A stretch of 64,000 nucleotides of DNA from Chrysomallon squamiferum (lineage: Eukaryota > Animalia > Mollusca), in contig CM022679.1 of the NCBI GenBank assembly GCA_012295275.1, forward strand, positions 1,488,001 through 1,552,000, written 5' to 3'. The notes under the pieces were generated by a model. The model was not told the origin of the DNA and ran no database searches. It saw only the letters and a program-made list of their open reading frames with translations. Shown here piece after piece: positions 1 to 11,878 of this stretch; the first letter of the stretch is position 1; each line of letters starts with the position of its first letter. The translations under genes and the position numbers were made by a program.

Positions 1-159
1 CTCCTTAAGTCTGTTTCTTCTTTTCTGTCGTCATCATCATCATCTACATCTTCAGATTCATTTTCTTTTGCCTATTTTTGTCATCTTTTAAATTCTTTTT
101 TATGATTAAAAAGAAATATATGTATATATCCTGTAAATTTTGTCTCATTTTGAAACTTG

Positions 160-202
<43 letters not shown>

Positions 203-967
203 CGTCTGCTGTTTGATTATGTTGCTTAAGAAACAAAAAAGGCTTCATTCAAGGTTAAATATCTTCTGAGCTGTTTTGCATTCTCTCCACCACGACGGCT
301 GTGTTTGACAAATCAATACACGTTCTGTAAAAATATATCGCTACAAACTGACAAGATAATGATTAAATATAAAGCTGTATTAATATTTAATCAGACATTG
401 TTACAGTCTAGTCAGTGTATCACTGGTTTTATGTTTTTTGTCAGCTGAGGACGCTGTATGTTTTGTTACAAGAATTCATTAACCTTTCTAGACAACTTTC
501 AGTAAATATATGCAGGCATAAAACAGTCTGGGGGTATAAAAAAAACCCCAAAAACACGTGTGTTTGGGTTTAGAATTGTTAGTTAAATGATCTGTGGCGT
601 GTTTTTAATACAGGAAACAGTGGAATGACTGTAGATAGTTAAACTGGACTGATACGAATAACGTTATTTTATTTTTGTTACGTTTTGTTAAATGTTTCGG
701 ATTCATTAATAATTTATGAAACGGTCACGATCTTCTTACTGGTTTCTGAATGAGACGGAGAGAGAAATAAACGCTGAGATAAATGACACGCACGTCTTTG
801 CCGTTTTGATAACATGTCTGTGTTGGTTGTTTATCTGTTCACTATATACAAATAATTATTTCTGTTCTTAAGCAGTTACTGGAGGTTAATGACGCTTTAC
901 ACGAATAATTGTTACAAAGTGAACGGTAAGATCTTTTTACACGATCTGCATAGAGTTTGTTTTTCAT

Positions 968-1011
<44 letters not shown>

Positions 1012-1791
1012 ACAACAACAATAAAAGAACAAAGAGACAAAGTTTAATTAAACAACAGTTAGTATTATTTCATTAGCTCCATTTTCTTTCAAAGCTTTTA
1101 CACTGAACTAAAGAGGACTGCCACTCTGGAGAAGTATGTTAGTATCTCTGACAAACTGAAGAAGTCTTCCACTCTCTCTACTCAACTAGAGAGCACTGCC
1201 ACCCTCTAATCAGCCAGGGAAGTCTGCCACTGTCTGTATTCCGACAGAGAGATCTTATTACATGTATAAATGATTTCAAATTAGTCCTGGTATAAGTTTT
1301 GAAAAAAAATATATTTTTCAAAATTGCTACTTCGTTCTAGACGGATGTCGTCGAAACAGAAGTGGAAACACGACTAAGAAGACACATTGATTGACAATTT
1401 GAATTGAGTGGTCAATACTCAAAGTAGAATTACCAGTCATTATAGGAGTTATCCAGGATTTGTCACACGTATCTAGTTAAGTGTGTTCCTGTGTTGGCTT
1501 TGTGACATATTCAAGTCATAATCGGATTTGATACTTATGGCTTATTCAGTAAATGGGTCGAAAGACAGACAGACGTACAGAAACAGACCGACAGAACGAG
1601 TCGGAGAGAAAAAGAGTAAGACAGAGAGGAGCAGTTTTAACATTCACAGACGTGCTTACAGAGAGACAGAGACAGTCATACAGATAGAGATAGATAGATA
1701 GATAGATAGATAGAGATAGATAGAGAGAGAGAGAGAGAGTGGATTATTTGTTACTACTAAGTATTATCTGATTTAATATTTTTATTTTCAG

Positions 1792-1903
1792 AATACAATG
1801 GATGTTCCTATCGGATAACTAAAACCGGATGTTACCTTTGACACAGAATGGCACAGGTGTTATTTACAACATATGTTAGTTAGTGACGTAAACAGCTGAC
1901 GTC
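1792..1903 (+). other. 5' UTR part of the first coding exon of the 2-TM gene, containing three uORFs
   Basis: Lies between the acceptor at 1790-1791 and ATG 1904; upstream ATGs at 1798, 1848 and 1873. A candidate donor of an upstream non-coding exon, ACG|GTAAGA, lies at 926. Confidence 0.6.
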
Positions 1904-2109
1904 ATGAGACCTGCAGTACAGGCCAGCATTTTACACCACCGGAATCAGAGGTCGCAGCGCATGCGTGGAAGACCGCACACGTTTTCTCTGAGTCGACTGC
2001 TGATGCTAGTTCTGGTGGGCGCCGTGTTTTTCATCCCCGGGTTAGCGCTCACTGTGATCGGAGTGCAGAGGTACAGCGGCATCTACGACCTTCCTGAGGG
2101 TCAAAAAGT
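1904..2109 (+). CDS. Two-TM membrane protein (TMEM200/TMEM100/PIRT-like architecture), coding exon 1: basic N-terminus and TM1
   Basis: ATG at 1904 lies in an exon opened by the acceptor ttttatttttcAG (AG 1790-1791). It encodes MRPAVQ...LLMLVLVGAVFFIPGLALTVIGV (hydrophobic helix). Donor GTAAGT at 2110, phase 2, matching the next exon. Confidence 0.85.
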
Positions 2110-2508
2110 GTAAGTAGGTCTTCAGACCTTCCCAAACAAACAAACAAACACCTCTTTACCGGTGACCTTGCAGTTCACGTCTTCACAAAGTTTACTCAGT
2201 TTTGTGCTGCATTTCCTTTATGTTTTTCTGCTTGTAAATATATATATATATTTATACATCCAGTCCTAAGTATTTTGGATAAAAGATTCTGAACATGTAT
2301 GTAAAAAGGTCACACGAAACTGATAAAGCTCTTGTCAAACTTAACTCACCCAATTTTTCCAGCACGCAAAGAGGCATGTCCAGGTAACTGAAACTGTAGT
2401 CTAATGAGCAACTCAGGTCCGCTTTTGGAACAGTACACGGCTTTTTACTGTGCTAATTTATTTATTTATTTCTTAGTGTTAGTGTTAGTGTTAGTGTTAT
2501 TATTATTA

Positions 2509-2540
<32 letters not shown>

Positions 2541-3112
2541 GTTATTATTATTATTATTTTGTTGTTGTTGTCGTTGTTGTTTTATAAACAAAACTGATCC
2601 TAAGTAGTGCAGTTAATCTGTGTCATGCATTCTCGACAATCTTACACTAAATCTGAAGATTACCGATTTTGTTTTTACCTGAAATCAATTTCAAAAACAT
2701 TTTTGACGTTAACTTTGTAAAAGAAAGAACTCTATTTTCTCGCCAAACTAAACAATGTGTTAAAATTAGTGCATTATCTCTACTAAGAGTACTGCCACAA
2801 TCATCGATTTTTGAGATAAAAAAACAAACAAATATAATCAGTGGTAATTTTCGTCTTATTTGAAACAACTCTGTTTTTCTTTTTCTTTCTTTTTTCTTTA
2901 CTTTTCTTTCCTTTTTTTTAAAATGTTTATTTCTAATCTTGACTAATCAATAAATGTGGAAATTAACTTCTTTTTTTCAAATATATACAAAATGCGAAAA
3001 CAGAAATTCTTTTTTTATTTATATTGATTGGTTTTTCTTTAAAAGATGTGTTCTTTTGGTTTTGATGCATTTACGATTCACTTTGCATTAGTGAATATGT
3101 TTTAACAAAATC

Positions 3113-3150
<38 letters not shown>

Positions 3151-3179
3151 CAAAAATGACAATAATAGCAAAAATGACA

Positions 3180-3218
<39 letters not shown>

Positions 3219-3587
3219 TTAATAATAACAATAAAAGTAATAACAATAAGAATAATAACAAAAATGACAATAATAACAACAACAACTATAATAATAATAA
3301 TAATAATTTCGGCTATAAAAAACTAAATTATGTGTTTACACGTTATCAGAATAAAGATGTTTTGTTTATTTAGATACTTTATATTATAATCAACGGGAAT
3401 GTTTCTGTTTACTTTTAAAAATTTATTTTATATAGTCATATTAACATATTTCATAAAAATGTTTGACCTATGCATTCAAAAAAGAAGATTTGCATATTTC
3501 GATATATTCAAAGTAATATTCGCTATATCAGTATCGTCCAATTTTTCCTATGATTTTCAGGAATTTTATATTTGTAATTTCAATTTG

Positions 3588-3730
3588 TTCAAAGGAATAT
3601 TTTATTTATTTCAGTTTATTCAAAGGGATATTTTATTAAATTAATTTTATTCAAAGGAATATTTTATTATTTTTGATTTTGTTCAAAGGAATTTTATGTG
3701 GTTTTTGTTTTCAGTATGTTCAAAGGAATC
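3588..3730 (+). repeat. Degenerate ~31-37 bp tandem repeat with core TTCAAAGG, the last copy inside exon 2
   Basis: Core at 3588, 3619, 3650, 3682 and 3719. Confidence 0.8.
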
Positions 3731-3844
3731 GGCCCAGCAATGTGTACGTTCGGCGTTGGTCTGTTGGTTGGAGCTGGTATTTACTACTGTTGCTATGGTG
3801 TCGGAGAGGCGCTCGGGAGTCGTCCATTACCTACGTCACATGAG
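3715..3844 (+). CDS. Two-TM membrane protein, coding exon 2: TM2 and juxtamembrane CC
   Basis: Acceptor tttgttttcAG (3713-3714). Translates (V)MFKGIGPAMCTFGVGLLVGAGIYYCCYGVGEALGSRPLPTSHE. Donor GAG|GTAAAA at 3845, phase 0. GC-rich island in an AT-rich intron; missing from the ORF track. Confidence 0.85.
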
Positions 3845-5178
3845 GTAAAAGTCTCGGATTAATTTTTTATGTCTTGTTACTCTTCTTCCTCTTGTTTTTG
3901 TTCCTCTTCATTTTTTACCGTTATTATTATCCTCATTTGTTTCATTCTTTATTTCTTTATTTCTTTATTAATTTCTTTCTTTATTTCTTTATTAATTTTT
4001 TTTCTTCCTTTCTTTCTTTATTTCTTTCTTTATTTATTTATTTAACATTAAAGATCATATTGGCTGTCTTATGTTTTGGTTTCGCTTGCGAACAAACGAC
4101 TTCTTCTTCTTCTTTTTGTTGTCGTTGTTGTTGTTGCTGCTGTTCATTCTGGCCTTGGACTTCATACTTCAGCTGACATTTAGTAATCAACCACGAAGTT
4201 TTACTTCTGAAGTGTGCATCTCGTCCACTGGTAATGTGTAAAATTGTTACTTAACTGAGCTGCGTCTAAATTAACACTGGACACAAGACGCGCCAACCGG
4301 AAATACCCACACCATGTAATATATGGGAAATGTCCGTCAGAATCTTTTAATGCGTAAAATAATGGATTCGGACCGGAACCGGTCAGGGAATGCGGACCGG
4401 AGCCGTTGCGCCGTTACGACAACGGAGTAGTGTTTTCCTAGCCGAGCTTAAAGTTACTGTTATATTTTCTTAATAACGTGCAGAGAACCGACAAACACGA
4501 GACGTATTGATTAATTTTTACTTTATTTCGAGTGTTGCTCGGTGATCCCGGCTTTGAAGACGAGTTTGATGCTGGAAATATCTCATTCTGGGGCGTGGTT
4601 CTTGCAAGCAGACGACTAAGGCTTAGCTCACGTGTTGGAGTCTTTGGTTATTTAATTCAGTATTTCATTAATTAAATTTTTGTTTATGTATTTTGTTTTT
4701 TTTTAATCAAAGATGTTTTTTAAACTGATAAGTAAAAATAATTTTTTTTTATATTTATATTTTTTAATTTGTCCTGTCGATTTTAGAATTTATTTTTTAT
4801 TTTTTATTTTTGATTATTGCAAGAAATAAACAAACATCAAACTAACTAACTAACTATCAAACGCATAACTAAATAAAGTGATTAAATAATTTATACTAGA
4901 AAAACAATGTAACAAACAAACACAAAAACATTAACAGCAAAATGGAATATCAACTATTTATTTCCATCCCACCAGACGTCAATAAAATTTGTTAAAATAA
5001 CATCTTATTACAGGAAACTAATGAATATTTATGACTCTCTGGGAGATATTAATATTAATGAGGTACGTAACAATGGCAATGATGTGAATATGAATAAAAC
5101 ATAAGAGCGCGGTCACGAGGGACACAGACGACTTGTTTTAACTTTTGTACCAAACAGCGGTGTAAACAGAGCTGTCCC

Positions 5179-5210
5179 TGGCTCAGTGGTTAGAGTGTTT
5201 GCTTCACTCT
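5179..5210 (+). mobile_element. tRNA-derived SINE head fragment (A box)
   Basis: TGGCTCAGTGGTTAGAG matches the Pol III A box/D arm. No B box or cloverleaf follows. Confidence 0.4.
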
Positions 5211-5391
5211 CGTCGTCTGAGGTGAGTTGACAGTGCGCTCTGAGTGGTGAAACGAGGTGGCGATGTCTCTTTGTGAGCAGCTTTAAGAATCCAGTCTTTA
5301 GTGATAAATGTAATTGTATAATATTAACTGTTTACTGTTTATTTACCATTGAAACAGCTCACCATCAGTTAATAATTAGTATTAGAAGCTG

Positions 5392-5401
5392 CATACATTC
5401 G

Positions 5402-5432
<31 letters not shown>

Positions 5433-5640
5433 TACACACAAAAATACATACATACATACATACATATTACACACATAATACATACATACATACATATACA
5501 CACATACATACATACATACATATTATATATACATACATACATACGTACATATAGATAAATACATACATATTACACACATACATACTACATACATACATAC
5601 ATACATATATACATACATTCATAAATACGTAAATACATAC
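5392..5640 (+). repeat. (TACA)n compound microsatellite
   Basis: Direct inspection. Confidence 0.9.
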
Positions 5641-6017
5641 CAGTTATAGCCAATTATTAATACTAATGATATATATAAAAAATCAAAAAATGAAAGTATT
5701 AATTTTGAACATCATTTGTGTACGGAATGGAATATCTACGAAACGAACAACGACATCTGTAAACAAAATCTATAACTTTGTTATTGATCGAGTAGCAAAT
5801 TCAAACTTGGTTAATGAAGTGTACAGATATAGAATTTCTCTACCGTCTTAATTAGGCAGCTTAAGCAAAACGCAGGTGTGCGCTGGTGCTCTGGATATTT
5901 GGGTGGAAATTACAGCTGATTAATTAAATACAACTGTAGTGTTTGTAACAGTCGAGTTTCTTCCTTAATACAAGATTATTTTGTAACTCTCTTTTCCTCT
6001 CTTTTTCTTATGTTTCA

Positions 6018-6080
<63 letters not shown>

Positions 6081-6341
6081 ATTGTTTTCGTCTGTCTGAC
6101 GCTCTCTCTCGCTTTAGAAATATACTGGATGCCTTTTTCCTCTGTTGATTGGTCCTCGTGTTCTTTCGTTTTGTTTGGTGGTGTTTCAGTTAGAAATCAA
6201 CCACACACTGGTTTCTCCATTTCTTTCCCAAGTAATTTCCTTGTCTCTCTTTCAGAATCCGTCTGCCTGTGAACCTATGCAATATAAGGAAAGAAATAAA
6301 CACTGACCAAAAAAATCTTCTGTTCATCTTTTTTTTTACAG

Positions 6342-6583
6342 GGTTCGTTGATTTCCGGAGAAACGCGCCACTCAGGCAAGCAGGGAAGTCTGACAGACCA
6401 ACAGAGAAACGGAAGCCAGCCAGGAACGCCAGAGGTTTCTGACAAAAAACACTCCCACCGTCATCATCGACATCATCACCATCATCACCGCCATCACCAG
6501 CAGCAGCAGCAGCATCATGTAGTCTTCGATGAAGAAAATGTACCGTTAGCTTCTTGTGAAAACCTTACAGAAATTAACAATTT
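6342..6583 (+). CDS. Two-TM membrane protein, coding exon 3: His/Gln-rich tail
   Basis: Acceptor ttttttttacAG (6340-6341), in frame with ORF 6348-6587 (GSLISGETRH...HSHRHHRHHHHHHRHHQQQQQHH...EINN). Donor GTGAGT at 6584, phase 2. Confidence 0.85.
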
Positions 6584-7039
6584 GTGAGTTTTCATTTGAA
6601 CTAGATAATGAGATAAATAATCAAAGGATTTTTAAATTTGATATTAATGCCAGTTTACTGTCAACTAAATGCTTCTTTTGTTATAACACAGTGATAATAA
6701 TGATAATGATGATGAAGATGATGATGATAATATAACAACAACAGCAAGAATAACAACAACAACAATAATTATAATAATAATAAAAGACAAACAACCCAGC
6801 AGATATGAAACTACATTAGTGTTTGTAAATAATTAGTAAATGGATCTATTCTAATTGTAAGTCTTAAACAGAAGTTCCATATTTTAGATTTTAACTACAA
6901 TATTCATAAATATTAATTGGACCAGCAGCTCAGATCACTGATTAAGGACGGATTATTGCCGTAAATTCCATTTGATTAGCAGCTCCAGGTTGTCATTTTA
7001 CACTGTATCTATTTCATGTTTATTTATTTCTACGTCCAG

Positions 7040-7172
7040 AACCCCGCAGGCCTCGGTTTCAATAATAGTTGAAGAGCCTTCGGACACACGTCCGTCCCCG
7101 AGTGATGACACCTCAGATCACGTGATCAACGGAGATATACGAACGCCGTCACCGGAAACGCGCCAATCTTAA
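7040..7172 (+). CDS. Two-TM membrane protein, terminal coding exon 4
   Basis: Acceptor ttctacgtccAG (7038-7039). TT+A=Leu, then TPQASVSIIVEEPSD...SPETRQS-TAA. The spliced CDS totals 711 nt = 236 aa plus stop. Confidence 0.8.
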
Positions 7173-8540
7173 GACGGGACGTTTCTGTGATAAAACAAAC
7201 AATGGCGATGTTGATAGTGACGTTGTGGACGGAAAGCCAGACGTTGTGAAGTACAAATACACGTCTTTGTGTTGGTGAACAGGACAATAGGATACCACGT
7301 GTAAAAGCGTATCTCATGTGGCTGAGTGGCTGTTCAAATTCTGCTCAACTTTTGTGGCCTTGTTTCTAGATTTCACGTCTGGCAGCACTGAAACTAATTT
7401 CGCTGTGCAATCTGGGATACTGAGATACAACATGTAGCAGTGTAAAGAACTTTTCTCAAGTTGTACCTGTGTAGATAATCTAGTGTCAGAGTTTTATCCC
7501 AGTTTAGAAGCTACATTCAAAGTTGTACCACTGCACAGAACGGTAGATAGACAACTGTACCACGCTAGATAAATTAGTTGGAATAAAAATCAAAAATAGA
7601 ATAAGTAAATAAACACAAAAAGACGAACAGATATGCAGCATTGCGGACATCTTAGATGAGTAGAAATTTATGAATGTAGAATCTTTAACTGTGTTAAACA
7701 AAACCAACAACAAAAAATCAACAGCAGATTTTTAAAACTTGTTGACTACTTTTTGAAGACAAAATATTTCTTATGGTTGCACGCTTGGACGTACGGACAA
7801 TTAATTTCTTCGCGTGTTTTTGTTATTTGGTGTTAATATTCATCTGCCAAGGTCATTTGCAAACAGATGACACATATTTTAACACGGTAGACGTTTCTTC
7901 TTTGTTGTAACAGATGCACACACTTACACTTTCGTTTACTGTCATTTTGTTTTATTAAAACTGTAACGAATTTGACGTGCAGCATTTGTAGACGGCTACG
8001 TACACGAAATTTGTGTTCTATTGATAATTTTAGCCGATCATTCGACGTTATTTATGTTCTGATTCCAGGCTTCTTCCGTCTCAGAAATGATCTGTCGCCT
8101 TGAGCGACGTCTGCAATCTATCAAACTAAGTGAACCCAGCGTGAAATAAGGCATGTCACAGCCATTATCTATTCTCACGTGAGAGATCGATACACGCTCA
8201 TTTTATAACGTTCAGACTTCACTCCTCTTTACATGCAACTGATACACATCTCTTGTCCTTTCTGAAACAACACTCTTAATCCAGATTAAGTTAATAACAG
8301 TAATTCTTGCTTCTTTAATATTATAATTATTATTATTGTTGTTGTTGTTGTTGTTGTTGTTGTTAATAATTATTCTTTTTTTTTTATATTGTTAATATTT
8401 ATTCTTCTTCTTATTATTATTACTTATTTTTCACTTGCGTAAATTAATAAATGCATACATACATCTTCATTCATTCATACGTACGTACGTATATAGAACC
8501 ATACGTACAAAAATAGCATACGTTCTTATTTAATAGAAAA

Positions 8541-8572
<32 letters not shown>

Positions 8573-11500
8573 ACGCACAGGCACACAAGTTCATAATAGT
8601 ATTTGTGTTTATATTTGTTACTTGCAGGTTGGTAAATCTTGTTTTCTTTTTTCACGACAAAAAAAAAACCAAATTGGAAAGGCAGGGTTCAGTTTATTTA
8701 ATATTTTTCTTATTTTTATCACGACACTCATTTCTTACAAAACTTCGTTGTTAATGAATTTGTGAAATGTTTGTAAAGATAAATGTCCACGAAGTTCTGC
8801 GCGGTGACAAGCAGTGGCGCCCTCTTTTACAAATGAATTTAGTGATTTGAGTCATTTTTGTGTGATTTGAATTATATGAACATTTCCTATTGCACTTCAG
8901 TCAGATTTACTAACTCTCTCTTCTTATTAGAAGCAGAAATTAACTTTTCATAAAGAATTACACTATGACAATCAAAACATTCTGACGATCTGAACACTTT
9001 CTCCAGCGTCACTCCAGTGAAAAATGTAAATGTGATTTCTGGTGTGCAGTTATTCACATAATTCGAATTTAAATATTTGCATCATTCTAGTTCACGTTAT
9101 TAATATTTATGATACCATTTTTATTTTTTGTTTCTTCTTATTATTTTTTTGTATTATTATTATTTTTTTTTTTCGTTATGCATAAAGATACGTATTTACG
9201 CTTTATTGAAATTTGCATCTAATCACATCAAATATTTATTCTTGAATATATTTGTATTTAATCGTTGAATATACTATTAATTATATTTCACCATTGAAAA
9301 ATTTCAAACTTCACCACTGCAGATAATTTACATTTAATCATCGCAAATAATTTCATTTCACCAGAGTTTTTAACCACAGCAAATATCTGCAGCAAACCTG
9401 TGCAAATATTTCAAGTGTAACATTTCATATTACACGATTTTATCAAACCACCTACCGTAATTAAACCGTGTTGATGCAGGAGATATTTGCATAATCAATC
9501 AGATGATATATCATCAGCATTTCATCTCTTTTTACGACATGCATTTTTGTATTTACCATGAAAATACCTTGATGCTAATTCGTTGCAACATTTAATAACT
9601 CGTGTTTCACCATTGCAGCAGTTTAAGCACTGTTAATTTAACTAAGATGATAAATATATATGAAAAATGCAAAACAAGTTAACTTTATCATTTATAGAAA
9701 TAATCAGTAAAAATTGTACAAACTAATAAGTAACGATAATTAGGAGGTTTTTGGGGTGGATTTTTTTTTTTTTTTTATAAAGGATTATATTTATATATTA
9801 GTTCATTACGATATATATACAAATGTTTCTAACTGTAGTTTCATTTTTTTCTTCTTCTTTATTTGTAACCCGTAATGACTCTTTTAATTATCATTTTTAT
9901 CCTAATGACGTAAAATACGTTAATATATTTTGCATGCAAAATAATGTATGAATTGATTAATTAGGATTACAATTGTAACCAAAACGTTTTATAATTCGAT
10001 ATTTTCAAATCGTTCTTGTAATACTAATTACTACTACTAGTAGTAGTAGTAGTACTTCTATTATTAGTACTACTACTACCACTTGTTTTACTACTTCTAC
10101 AGCTTTATTTCTACTACCATCATTTATTTCACTACTTTTTCTTTTGTCACTACAGCTGCTATATTTGTACTACTACTACTACTGGTATTACAATTAATAA
10201 CAATAACAACATCAACAACAACAATAACAACACCAATAACAACACCAATAACAACAATATCCAGAAATAAATTTTGCAAGTATCTAAGCAAAAGAATAAC
10301 CCTTGAATTTGAATTTTATTTCAATATTATTTCTCACATATATGTAGATAAGCCGATGTATTATTCTGTGTATGTAATACAAGTATAAATTCATACTTGT
10401 GCGTGCACATACACGCATGCACGTATGCACTTACACACGTTCACGTACACGTACACCTACACCTACACCTGCACCTGCACCTACACGCACACACGCACCA
10501 AGTAATGGTAGTTAGTGTGTGAACATTTGAATGCGTACTTCAGCAGATCAATAAGTTATAAATTATGCATTATATGGATTGTTATATATTTGTCCTAGTG
10601 CATTTGCAATAATAATAATGTTAAAATGTCGATTTTTATATACATGCATGCACACACATAAATTTATATGCGTCCTCACATACTCACAGGCACAAAAACT
10701 CGTGAATACTCGTAAACTGAATTGTTAATAAATTTTATATTAATGTATGCACAAGGAAAAATTATGTTGAAAAATTAACCGTTTAAATTATAAATATTGT
10801 AATTAATATACATTCTTTATTTGTAACTATTCTGCTTGCCATTTTCCATAATTATTATTATTATACACTGTTATTTCATTATTCATGTATTTATTGCTAA
10901 ACAGTTATTTACATTTGCCTACGCTCAATCAATTATTTGTTTTATAATTTTGTACAAACTATTTATTTATAACACGTAACAACATTTAATTTTATTTATT
11001 TATTTATTTATTTATTTATTATTATTATTATTATTAATAATTAATTAATTTTTTTTTCTTTAAGGAAGATCAAAATTAAACCATATACATAAAAAGTGAA
11101 TTAATTTTTATTCGTCTCTTTATTATCATTTTCGTAAATCTTTATCTCATCACCCAAAATGTGTGTCATTTAATACGTGTATGCTATGACGTAACACCTT
11201 GTAAACACGTGTATGATGAAATACGTCACATAAGATGTGTCGTCTGCATCTCTGTTCTTATCGTATGCAGCCTGACGTTCTTTAACATCGCAGAATTTAT
11301 GTAAATTCTGTAACTGACAACACGCTTTGCCTTTATATTTTATTTTAAGGTTTGCATTGTTTCATTTTGCCATTTTATTTTTATTATTATTATTTTTTTT
11401 TTCCAATGTTCTTGTCACGGTGAAACATTAAATATTATTCACTTTTGTCTTCGAGCGTTGTTTTGTTTTTTGTTTTCTGAACTGCCTTCTGGTAATATGA

Positions 11501-11814
11501 TAAAATTAGACCAGTTAATGGTCACGTGATTACCACGTGGTTAATATTGTACGTTTAGAAAATATGTTAACGGAATACTGCTGCTACTACTATTACTACC
11601 ACTACTACTACTTTTCTTGTTATACTACTACTATTACAACTACTATACTAACTATTACATCTGTTACTATTATTGTTTCTAATACTACTATAAATGCTAT
11701 TAGTACTAATAATAATATTACCAGCGACTCTAAACCATTATTACTACACTTCTATCATTGCAAGAAAAAAAACTACAATAATAAAAAAGAAAAACCGATA
11801 ATAATAAGTATTAC

Positions 11815-11878
<64 letters not shown>

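Noticed and set aside
535-545. TATA box for the 2-TM gene
   Set aside because: TATAAA merges into an A-run in very AT-rich DNA and the TSS is unknown, so it cannot be supported.
969-1010. A42 run (and the A-run at 44557-44590) as a retrocopy tail
   Set aside because: No recognisable element body or target-site duplication next to it.
5179-5260. tRNA gene
   Set aside because: A box only; no B box, anticodon arm or acceptor stem. Isolated B-box-like words at 28463 and 44663 likewise lack the rest of a tRNA.
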